The notes under the pieces were generated by a model, which worked only from the letters and a program-made list of their open reading frames with translations, had not been told where the DNA came from and did no database searches. The position numbers were made by a program, and so were the translations under genes. Shown one piece after another: positions 54,961 to 64,000 of a stretch of 64,000 bases of DNA; the stretch's first letter is position 1; the number at the start of each line of letters is the position of its first letter. Origin of the DNA: an uncultured Phycisphaerales bacterium (GTDB taxonomy: Bacteria > Planctomycetota > Phycisphaerae > Tepidisphaerales > Tepidisphaeraceae); contig CAVWLP010000002.1 in NCBI GenBank assembly GCA_963755915.1, positions 4,928,001-4,992,000 on the forward strand, read 5' to 3'.

Positions 54961-56445
54961 TTAACACAACTGATATTCAGGCATCGAAACAATCAACTGC
55001 ACCATCTTCCGCAGCGAATCGTCATTCACCCCATCGCTGAGCACATCCGCCAGAATCTTCTGTTTGTCGGTCTCAACCGGCCGTTGAATGAGCCGTTTGA
55101 CCCACGCATCGGTGACCGCATCGGTCGCCCCCTGGTCGTTCGGATCGAAATCCGTCGGCCGTGCCAATCCCGCCCCAAGGAGATTATCCGTCGCCCCCTT
55201 GCGATTATAGCGCGTCAGCGCCGGAACCTGCCCCCCGCCAGCCAGACGCCCGTGTTGTACCGGATGAACAGTGTGCTGGTATTGATCCACATTCTCCCGC
55301 CAGCCCACCCGCGAACATTCGGCGGCATCAGTGGAAGCTGACCCATCTGGTTCAGCGCCGACTCCACCGCCGGCGCCGGCGGCATCTGAAGCCCCAGCAT
55401 CCGGATCGTTCCCACCATAAGCTGCATCGGGCTCTTGATCTGCACCCCAATCGAATTCGGACTATAAAACGCCCGGCTCGTTAAAAATCGTCCGCAGCAG
55501 CGGCCGAATCTGATAACGATTATTCAGCAAAACCTCCCCCAGCGCCGTCCCCAGCGACGCATCCGTATTCTCATACGCGAAATACTTGAACAACTCCCCC
55601 GCGATAAACCGCGAGCAAACCGGCTGCTGCAAAATAATGCTGATGACGTCATCCCCATCAAAGTCCCCGCTGCGCCCCAGGAAATATTTGATCCCGTCGT
55701 CGTGGTCCTCCTCGCGATAAACGAAATCCACGCCGTCGTGCCCCCACCCGGTGAACGCCCGCGCCCCCTGCTTCACATCCGTCTCGGTGTAGTTCCCGAT
55801 CCCCAGCGTGAAAAGCTCCATCAGCTCGCGGGCATAGTTTTCGTTCGGATGCTCTTTTCGATTTTCGTTGTTGTTGAGGTAATCGAGCATGGCCGGATCG
55901 CGCGAAATCGCCCGCACGAACGGCTCAAAATTATCCGCCGCATAGCGCCGCAGCAGTTCGTTCTGCCGCCACATCAGCATCGCCGAACGTTCGTCCTTCG
56001 CGCTGGTCGTGAAATGCCCATGCCAGAAAAGCGTCAGCTTTTCATGAAGCGGGTACCGTCCGTACGCCATCCGGTTCATCCACCAGCCGATCGTCGCGCT
56101 GATCGCCTGCCGGTTCGCCTGCATCAATTGTTGGATCAGCGCCTTCTTCTCATCGCGGCTCTTGCCGAAAAGCTTCCGGCAGTATTCCCGAAAATTGGCC
56201 GGCGACCCCGCGATCGTGCTCAAATCCGGCGAGTCATACTCCCCGCCCATTTCTTCCGCCGGCGCATCCGGAAAATCCATCAGCCATTCCACGGCCCGCT
56301 TCGGCCCGATCTTACGCACATATTCCACTTCCTCCGGCACCCCGCCGAACCCCGCACGATTCAGCAAATGCGCGGCCTTTACGTCATCGAAGGGATCAGA
56401 ATCCGATGGAATATAGGGAGCTAATAGTGGATGAATTACCGCCAT
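54961..56445 (-). CDS. DUF1800 protein (two frameshifts)
   Basis: AHLLNRAGFG, EKLTLFWHGHF, PNENYARELMELFTLG, PPNVRGW and PEYQL. Confidence 0.9.
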
Positions 56446-56635
56446 ACCGTGTCCTTGGTACCGCCTTTTACCTAATACAACGTAGCCATGTTCAGGTTAT
56501 TTCGGGCCTTTGTACAGTAATAATCGTGTCATCGGCCGATCCAACCCCCGGCGGTGCCCCAACTGTTAGTAATTTGCGGTTATCGCCCCTTCCGCTCCGC
56601 TTGCCAACGATTGGGCCTTGTGATTAGTTAAGTAT

Positions 56636-58049
56636 ATGAGTGACGAGGCCTTCCAATCCGCCGTCGAACACCACCGCGCCGGCCGCCTGGCCCAGGCCGA
56701 GCAGGCCTACCGCCAGCTCCTTGCCGACGACCCCGAAGACGCTGACGTCACCCATCTCTTGGGCGTTCTTGCCAACCAAACCGGCCGCAAAGATGAAGCC
56801 ACCCAACTCATCGAGCGGGCGATCCAGCTTGACCCTGAATATGCGGAGGCCCATTTCAACTTGGGCAACGTGCTCGCCGATAGAGGGCTGCCAGATAAAG
56901 CCGCCGATTCCTATCGCCGCGCCATCCAGCTTCAATCCGAATATCCCCAAGCACGTATCAACCTCGCCAGCGTTCTCCTCATCACCGGCCACTTCGACGA
57001 CGCGATCGATGCCATCAACCCGGTAGTCCGGACGGAATCCGGATATCCACATGCCCACTCCCTTCTTGCTGACGCCCTGGCGAGAAACCCCCGACGATTT
57101 CACCGCCAGGGCGCAGGCAAGCTCGGATGTTTGGCGCGACATCAACCCGCTCACCGACCAGCAGGCCGCCCAGCTCATTCATTCCGATCAGATCGACATC
57201 CTGATCGATCTCACCATGCACACCGCCAAGGACCGCCTTCTCCTGATGGCGCGAAAACCCGCCCCCGTTCAGGTCATCTACCTCGCCTACCCCGGCTCCA
57301 GCGGCATGGACGCTTTTGACTACCGCATCACCGACCCGTATCTCGATCCGCCCGGCGCGTCCCTCGACTACTACACCGAACAAACCTATCGCCTGCCGCG
57401 CACCTACTGGTGTTACGAGCCTCTCTTCCCCGAAATGCAGGTCGGGCCCCTGTCGGCGGCCAAAAATGGTTTCGTCTCCTTCGGCTGCCTCAACAATTTC
57501 TGCAAGGTAACGCCCACGACCCTCTCCGCCTGGACCGAACTCCTCCAAAAATCCCCCGGCTCAAAACTGATCCTCCACGCCCCGGAGGGCGCCCATCGCG
57601 ATCGCCTCCGCCAGACTTTTCAGCGCACCGGCGTCGACGCCAACCGAATCGTCTTCAAAGGCAAAATGACCGTCCCCCAGTACATGCAAACCTACAACGA
57701 AATCGACGTAGGCCTCGACCCGTTCCCCTACGTCGGCGGCACCACCACCTGCGACGCCCTATGGATGGACGTCCCCGTCGTCACCCTCGCCGGCAAAACC
57801 GCCATCCAGCGCGGCGGCGTCAGCGTCCTCTCCAACAGCGGGCTGCCCGACCTCATCGCCCAGTCCCCCGCGCAGTACGTAGAAATCGCGGCTAACCTCG
57901 CGGCAAACATCGATCGCCTCGCCCAGCTTCGCTGCACTATCCGCCCCACAATGCAAAAATCCCCCATCACCGACGCCAAGCAATTCGCGCTGGACATGGA
58001 AGAAGCCTATCGCCAGATGTGGCGAAGTTGGTGCGAAAAAGCTAATTAA
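56636..58049 (+). CDS. TPR-containing O-GlcNAc transferase-like (SPINDLY/GT41) protein with an apparent internal deletion
   Basis: N-terminal TPRs; IDILIDL..H, KPAPVQV..LAYP, FGCLNN..K and DPFPYVGGTTTCDALWMDVPVVT. The first catalytic segment is missing. Confidence 0.8.
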
Positions 58050-58055
58050 CATTCC

Positions 58056-58913
58056 ATGCAAAGCAAAAAATTACGCCTCGGCCACTCCCCCGACCCCGAC
58101 GACGCCTTCATGTTCTACGGCCTCGCCAAAAACCTGGTCGACTCCCGCCCCTACCAGTTCGAGCACGTCCTCCAGGACATCCAAACCCTGAACCAGCGTG
58201 CCCGTAAAGGCGAACTCGAAATCACCGCGATCTCCATCCATGCCTACCCCTACGTCGCCGACAAATACGCCCTCACCAGTTGCGGCAGCAGCATGGGTGA
58301 CAAATACGGCCCCATGGTCGTCACCCGCGAACCCCAAAAAATCGCCGACCTCAAAGGCAAAACCATCGCCATCCCCGGCGAGCTCACCACCGCCTTCCTT
58401 GCCCTTCAGCTCTGCCTCGGCAAAGCCGGCGAAGCCTTTCGCACCGTCCCCGTCCACTTCGATCAAATCCCCAATTATGTGAAGGAGGGAAAAGCCGACG
58501 CCGGCCTGATCATTCACGAAGGTCAGCTCACTTACCAGAAACTCGGCCTCCACCTCGTCGTCGATCTCGGCGTCTGGTGGCAGGAGCAGACCGCTCTCCC
58601 CCTGCCTCTGGGCGGCAACTGCATCCGCAAGGACCTCGGCAAAACCGTCTGCCAGGAAGTCACCAACATTATTCGCCGCTCGATCCAATTCAGCCTCGAC
58701 CACCGCAAGGAGGCGGTTGAATATTCCCTCCAATTCGGGCGCGACCTCGACCGCGACCTCGCCGACAAATTCGTCGGAATGTACGTCAACGCCTGGACCC
58801 TCGACTACGGCCAGCGCGGCCGCGAAGCGATCTCAACCCTCCTGAAGCGCGGCGCCCAGGCCGGACTCGTCCCCCCCATCCAGGAAATCGAATTCGTAAC
58901 CGCCCAGCAATAA
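58056..58913 (+). CDS. mqnD: 1,4-dihydroxy-6-naphthoate synthase (futalosine menaquinone pathway), MqnA/MqnD family
   Basis: GHSPDPDDAFMFY, DIQTLN, AIPGELTTA, IIHEGQLTY, LPLPLGGN and MYVN. Confidence 0.85.
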   Translation: MQSKKLRLGHSPDPDDAFMFYGLAKNLVDSRPYQFEHVLQDIQTLNQRARKGELEITAISIHAYPYVADKYALTSCGSSMGDKYGPMVVTREPQKIADLKGKTIAIPGELTTAFLALQLCLGKAGEAFRTVPVHFDQIPNYVKEGKADAGLIIHEGQLTYQKLGLHLVVDLGVWWQEQTALPLPLGGNCIRKDLGKTVCQEVTNIIRRSIQFSLDHRKEAVEYSLQFGRDLDRDLADKFVGMYVNAWTLDYGQRGREAISTLLKRGAQAGLVPPIQEIEFVTAQQ

Positions 58914-58932
58914 GCCATTCAACGCTCCCCCA

Positions 58933-58970
58933 TTCGAATTTCGAGTTTCGAGTTTCGAATTTCTGATTTC
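58933..58970. repeat. Heptamer tandem repeat (TTTCGAG/TTTCGAA)
   Basis: ttcgaatttcgagtttcgagtttcgaatttc. Confidence 0.7.
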
Positions 58971-59018
58971 CCTCCGCTGCTTCTTGCGCGCTCGCCCCTT
59001 CAAGCCTATCCTTCCCAC

Positions 59019-60031
59019 ATGCCCGCCAAACTCCGCTGGGGAATCCTCGGCACCGGCAACATCGCCACGCAGTTCACCGTCGGCGTCAAAAGCAGCGCCC
59101 GCGGAATCCTCGCCGCGGCGGGCTCGCGCCAGAAGCATACCGCGGAATCGTTCTGTCAAACCCACGCCATACCCCGCGCTCACGCCAGCTACGAAGCTCT
59201 GATCTCCGACCCCCAGATCGACGCCATCTACAACGCCCTGCCCAACTCCCTGCATGAACTCTGGACCATCCGCGCCCTCGAAGCCGGCAAACACGTCCTC
59301 TGCGAGAAGCCCCTTGCCAACACCGCCGCCGAGGCGGCGCGAATGTTTGACGCCGCCGCGAAACACCGCCGCCTCCTCGTCGAGGCTTTCATGTACCGCT
59401 CCCACCCGCAGACCCTCGCGGTGATGCAAGCGGTCCAATCCGGCGCCATCGGCGAGCTGCGCCTCATCCGCACCAGCTTTTGCTACCGCACCCGAAAATC
59501 GAAGGCAATGTCCGTTTCGTCCGCAGCCTCGGCGGCGGCGGGCTCATGGACATCGGCTGCTACTGCATCAATTTCGCCCGCTTTTTTGCCCAGTCCGAAC
59601 CGACAAAAGTCCATGCCTCCGCGCAATTTCACCCCAGCGGCGTAGACGAACTCGCCGTCGCCACCATGGAATTCCCCGGCGGCATCCTCTCCAGCTTCAC
59701 CTGCGGAATGTGCGCCCACGCCGACAACACCGCCTATCTCTGCGGCACCGAAGGTTTCATCGAAATCCCCGTCCCCTGGAAACCAATGCCCGGCTCGGTC
59801 TTCATCATCACCCGCGGCAACGAGCCCAAAATGGACGGCCCCAAAACCCAGGGACCCCCGCCGAAAGACATTCGAAAAACCGAATCACCCGCGAACATGT
59901 ACGGCATCGAAGCCGACGATTTCGCCGCCGCCGCCCTCGACGGCGCTGCTCCCCGGCTCACCCGCGAAGATACCATGGGAAACATGCGCGTCCTGGACGA
60001 AATGCGATCTCAAATCGGCCTGGAGTTCTAG
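59019..60031 (+). CDS. Gfo/Idh/MocA oxidoreductase (frameshifted)
   Basis: WGILGTGNIA, GKHVLCEKP, EAFMYR and GGGGLMDIGCY. Confidence 0.9.
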
Positions 60032-60301
60032 AGCATGCTCGGTTCACTCGTAGCGTCTGCGTTGCGTCCAAAGGGGCCGAACGCAAGGAAGAGCGGCGAA
60101 GCGGGTTTGAATAGACCCGTTGAGTCGCGATGACGCCGCGGGCGGCCCCTTTGGACGCAACCCTTCGGGTCGCCGCCATTTGAGCCCCATGCGTCGTTGC
60201 TCCTCCTCAACGTATCCGTTTAGAATACGCTTCGTCGTCGCGCCTAGCCTGTGGCCCAAATGGCGGCGACGCAGACGCTACGAGTGAACCGAGCATGCTC
60301 T
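60030..60301. mobile_element. MITE-like non-coding element with 33-bp perfect terminal inverted repeats
   Basis: agagcatgctcggttcactcgtagcgtctgcgt / acgcagacgctacgagtgaaccgagcatgctct, two internal hairpin arms and TA at both ends. Confidence 0.75.
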
Positions 60302-60302
60302 T

Positions 60303-60950
60303 ATGCAAATCCTCGCAGACTCCGGCGGAATCGCCGAAACTAACTGCTACCTCATCGTCGACGAATCCACCGGCAAAGCCGTCCTCTTCGACGCACCCAA
60401 CGACACCACCGCACTGCTGCTGGAAGAAGCCAAACAGCGCGGCTGGGACGTCATCGGCCTCTGGCTCACGCACGGCCATTTCGATCACGTCGCCGACCAC
60501 TCCGTCGTCACCGAGAAATTCGCCTCCGCCAAAATCCTCATCCACAAACTCGACGAATCCAAGCTATCCGAGCCCCCCACCGTCGCCTTCGGCGTCCCCC
60601 TTGAAATCCCCCCGCGCAAGCCCGACGATTACGTCCAGGACGGCCAGGAATTGAAAATTGGGAACCTCGTTTGCCGCGTCATCCACACCCCAGGCCATTC
60701 CCCCGGCCACGTCATGTTTCACTTCCCCGACCAGCGCATCCTCATCGGCGGAGACCTCATCATCATGAACTCCGTCGGCCGCACCGATTTCCCTGATTCC
60801 GATTTCGCACAACTCCAGGAATCGATCCGAACAGTAATGAAACTCCCGCCCGAAACGCAGCTTCTCCCCGGCCATGGCCCACCCAGCAGATTAAGCGAGG
60901 AACTGCAGCGAAATGAGTTTGTGATTGAGGCAGTAAAAGGAACGAAGTGA
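60303..60950 (+). CDS. MBL-fold metallo-hydrolase (glyoxalase II-like)
   Basis: THGHFDH, HTPGHSPGH, GDL..SVGRTD and PGHG. Confidence 0.92.
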   Translation: MQILADSGGIAETNCYLIVDESTGKAVLFDAPNDTTALLLEEAKQRGWDVIGLWLTHGHFDHVADHSVVTEKFASAKILIHKLDESKLSEPPTVAFGVPLEIPPRKPDDYVQDGQELKIGNLVCRVIHTPGHSPGHVMFHFPDQRILIGGDLIIMNSVGRTDFPDSDFAQLQESIRTVMKLPPETQLLPGHGPPSRLSEELQRNEFVIEAVKGTK

Positions 60951-61019
60951 CTCGAAATTCGAATTTGACCTGTCCCGGCGCACCGGGGTTCGTCATTCGA
61001 ATTTTGGGTTTCGAATTTG
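60950..61019. repeat. Heptamer-type imperfect inverted repeat between convergent genes
   Basis: actcgaaattcgaatttga ... ttcgtcattcgaattttgggtttcgaattt. Confidence 0.55.
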
Positions 61020-61026
61020 CGCCGCG

Positions 61027-61513
61027 CTACTGCGCCGCCGCACTCGGCGCCGTCGTCGCCCCGCCGCTATCGGCCGGCGCCGCAAACGTAATCGTCACCG
61101 TCGGGTTCGGCGTGTCGCTGCTCACCGTCACTTCCGCCGATCCCTTCCCGCCGGTCTTCCTCATCGTCGCCCGCACGCGATAATCGCCCGTCGCCAGGTT
61201 CGGGAACGTAAACTTCCCGTCAGCATCCGTCTTCCCGGAAGCAACCGCCTTGGGCTTCGCCGGCGCGGCGTTGTCGTCGGCGTCCGCGGGCTTCGCGGTT
61301 GAAAACAGTCTTACGGTCGCCTTGTGGACCGGGTTGCTGCTGGAATCCAATACCGTAACGGTAATGCTTCCCGTCGCGTCGCTCGGCTGCGTGGCGGCCG
61401 AACGCGCTGGGCTGCGTACTAGCCGCATCATCCGCCCGCACCGAGCGGGCCGCGAAAAATCCCAGGGCCAAAACCGTCAACGTCAGCGCCGCTTTATTCA
61501 TCCATCGAGTCAT
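61027..61513 (-). CDS. Secreted carboxypeptidase-regulatory-like (prealbumin fold) domain protein, frameshifted
   Basis: Signal peptide; GSITVTVLDSSSNPV..ATV and TDADGKFTFPNL.TGDYRV. Confidence 0.75.
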
Positions 61514-61564
61514 AAAAGGTGACCTCCAGCCCCGGATTTTGGGGATAAACGATCGTTTGTCAAC

Positions 61565-61594
61565 AAAAAAGCCCCGGTTTCATCAACCGGGGCT
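61565..61594 (-). terminator. Intrinsic terminator downstream of the porin gene
   Basis: agccccggtt-tcatc-aaccggggct hairpin with an A6 run (U-tail on the minus strand). Confidence 0.75.
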
Positions 61595-61624
61595 GCGAAG
61601 GTTTCAGAGAATCGACCGGCTGAC

Positions 61625-62090
61625 TTAGAACTGCATGATCACGTCAAACGCGGCCGTCAGCTCGCTGTATTCCGGCTTATAGCTGGTGTCGAACACCGCA
61701 CGGTCCGCGCAATCGCCGCGAAGTTCCGGGCGAATCTGCAACCACTGGAAGATGGGGTCATTCGGCAGCGGGTGAATCTGGACGCCGAGGGTAAGCTCGC
61801 CGTAGTTGGCCTGGTTGCCCGTCGTGGCCGCACCCTGGTCGCGATACCACTCGATTCGGAGATTCGGGGTGAACATCCCGTTGATCTTGTACGAGACATA
61901 CCCAACCGCCCCATACCACTGGGCGGCCTTGCCCGCATTCAAGGCGGAGTCGCCCGGCGCATCCACGTACAGGAAGTCGCCGGTGATCGTCAACTGATCA
62001 GACACCGTCCACGAAGGAATCGCTTCGATCGCCGTCCAGTAGTCCGATGAGTTGTTCGAGCAATACGGAGGTGGCCGGGGGAAACGGCCA
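61625..62090 (-). CDS. Outer-membrane beta-barrel (BBP2-like porin), C-terminal part only
   Basis: NLRIEWYRD, YGELTLGV, QIRPELRGD and C-terminal Phe; the 5' part is lost at the composition break. Confidence 0.75.
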
Positions 62091-62238
62091 TGTTATCGGT
62101 ACGGTTGGTCTTGCTATCCCAGACTGGACTGATGAGTTGTTAGATGATCAACTCAAGAAAATGTGGCGAGAGAGGAAAGAAAATGGTGATCGCCGATTTA
62201 GATATCCCGCCGATTATTGTGAAGATGATATTGATTAA
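62091..62238 (+). CDS. 3' fragment of an unknown gene from the AT-rich segment
   Basis: Open frame VIGTVGLAIPDWTDELLDDQLKKMW... ending at TAA 62238. Confidence 0.4.
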
Positions 62239-62355
62239 TTAAGAGACGTAATGAAACTTCGCAAGCCAAGAATATTGCATAACAATCAGTAATAGTTTTA
62301 ATGTGTTAAGAGATAAAATTCTTGGTACATTAAATTGTTCGGAAGGGATGCAGCT

Positions 62356-64000
62356 ATGATTTCTAACAGAGTTTGGTGTAGTAAGTACATAATAGTTCTT
62401 ATCTTGGCCATCGGTGCATTGTATTTTTTGAAAACTAATAGCATGCAACTGCCTGCTCCGACCGGTAAATATAAAGCCGGCATTACCACATATCATCTAA
62501 TAGATACCAAAAGAAAAGAAGAAAGCTCACCAAATCGCAAAGATCTTCGAGAGTTAATGGTCTATGTTTGGTATCCAGTCGATGAGCATGCTAAAGGAAA
62601 ACTATACCCTTATTTACGTGATGTCCTACCATACGTAAAAAAAGATTTAAGCATGGGGTATGATATAGGTGAAAAGAAATTAAACGAACTTGATAAAATG
62701 GAAACGCATAGCATATATAATGCTCAAGTTTCTAAAGCTCAAGCCAAGTATCCAGTCATTTTCTTTTTACCAGGCGGCTGGCAGATAGTCAGAAGCTATA
62801 CAACACTCTTGGAAGATTTGGCAAGCCATGGATATATTGTCGTCGGCATTGATAATACCTACGAAAATTTAGTTACAATCTTTTCCAATGGTAAAGTAAT
62901 CGATGCTGATACGGTAAGAAAAAAATACACTGACAAAGAACTCGCTGAAGAGCGTAAAAAGCGCAGTGAAAAAGAACCAGATCTTGAGGTGCGCGATGCG
63001 CGATTTGTTTTGGATGAATTAGAACGGCTCAATGCTTACGATCCGCAGGGAATATTAACTGCCAAATGTGATATGAATCACGTCGGCATATGCGGCCATT
63101 CATATGGGTGGCTATAATGCTTTCGAGGGCTTGCAAAGCCGATAATAGGTTTAAAGCTGGTATGGACATTGATGGTTTAGTTTGGAAATCATATCATAGT
63201 AAAGATTTGAACACACCATTCATGATTTTTAAGGCCTATGGATTATACCCGACAGATGAGCAACTCGCACAATATAAATCAACAAGACTCGATGATGATT
63301 TACAAAGAGCGCGAACGCTTATTGCCGATCATGCGGTATTCAACAATACCTTGAATGATGCTTATTTGGCTTTTGTCAAAGGTATGGAGCATTTTAGTTT
63401 AAGTGATAAACAATTGCTGGTGCAGGCGCACAGTGTAAGCGCAATACCGCCATTAAAGGGCATGGCAATTACTCGCGCTGTTGTCTTAAGTTTCTTCGAT
63501 GTGTATCTTAAAAAAACGGTTGGGCCACAACTAATCATTGATACCATTAAGCGATATCCCGAAATATGCTTGGAGGCAAAAATAAATAACAAGATAGAAA
63601 TAATTGTTCCTGCCCCTACTCAAGCTAAAGCAAAAAAAGAAGCCTCAGATAAAAAAGAGAAAAGTGAAAATGAATCGGTCAGCGCATTACACAATGCGGT
63701 CCAAGATCCCTTGAATTATGAGGCAATTTTTGATGCTTCAGTCCATGAATTTTGGAAATTTAATCAGCAGATGGCGCCTTATGATATGCCACTATGGGGC
63801 AAAAACCTACAAGAATACGATAAGTCCAAAGAAGCATTAACTGCTGCCAAACCTAATTCCCCCGAATATAAAAAAGCGCTATCTACATTGGACAGTGTAA
63901 TCGCTGAATTAAAAAGATTAGTTAATGCATGGTTAGATGAACGCAAATTATATAATTTAGTCGATATCTTGCGTAGGCAATCGCAAGAAGAGCCAAAGAA
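62356..64000 (+). CDS. PAF-acetylhydrolase-like alpha/beta hydrolase with a long C-terminal extension (frameshift near 63110, runs off the window)
   Basis: LPAPTGKY.AG, RELMVYVWYP, YPVIFF.PG, LASHGYIVVGID, GHSYG; continues as RFKAGMDIDG..GMEHFSLSD in a shifted frame open to the window end. Confidence 0.82.

Overview
Bases 1 to ~62090 are GC-rich bacterial DNA, most likely Planctomycetota (Phycisphaerae/Tepidisphaeraceae-like). This is inferred from PEP-CTERM proteins, a TIGR03790-like gene, a DUF1501/DUF1800 pair, a BBP2-like porin and recurrent TQP linkers. More than 25 genes are split by single-base indels, which looks like uncorrected long-read error rather than real decay. The region holds housekeeping and metabolic genes (prfA, recQ, a dus gene, sdhB, sppA, mqnD, Pit transporter, GH32, GH63), a CP-ATP-grasp/alpha-E/transglutaminase operon whose Anbu-type protease lies ~7.4 kb away, a HigBA-like TA pair, a PrkA/YeaG-YeaH locus and several palindromic repeat families. 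The best candidates for something new are: (i) a four-gene membrane-protein/wHTH module with two copies of an ACTTT-N7-AAAGT operator, back-to-back with a Vps4-like MIT-AAA ATPase; (ii) a PEP-CTERM surface protein made almost entirely of acidic YD/RHS-like repeats; (iii) a tRNA-Ser-shaped element with a GUG anticodon next to an ImmA/IrrE + DUF4411(PIN) islet; (iv) a 40-bp palindrome inserted in frame in an MFS gene; (v) a branched ~270-bp MITE-like element. At ~62090 the sequence switches abruptly to AT-rich DNA in the middle of a gene, probably a chimeric join with another genome. No CRISPR array, rRNA, integrase or transposase was seen. All family assignments come from motif recognition by eye, not database searches.
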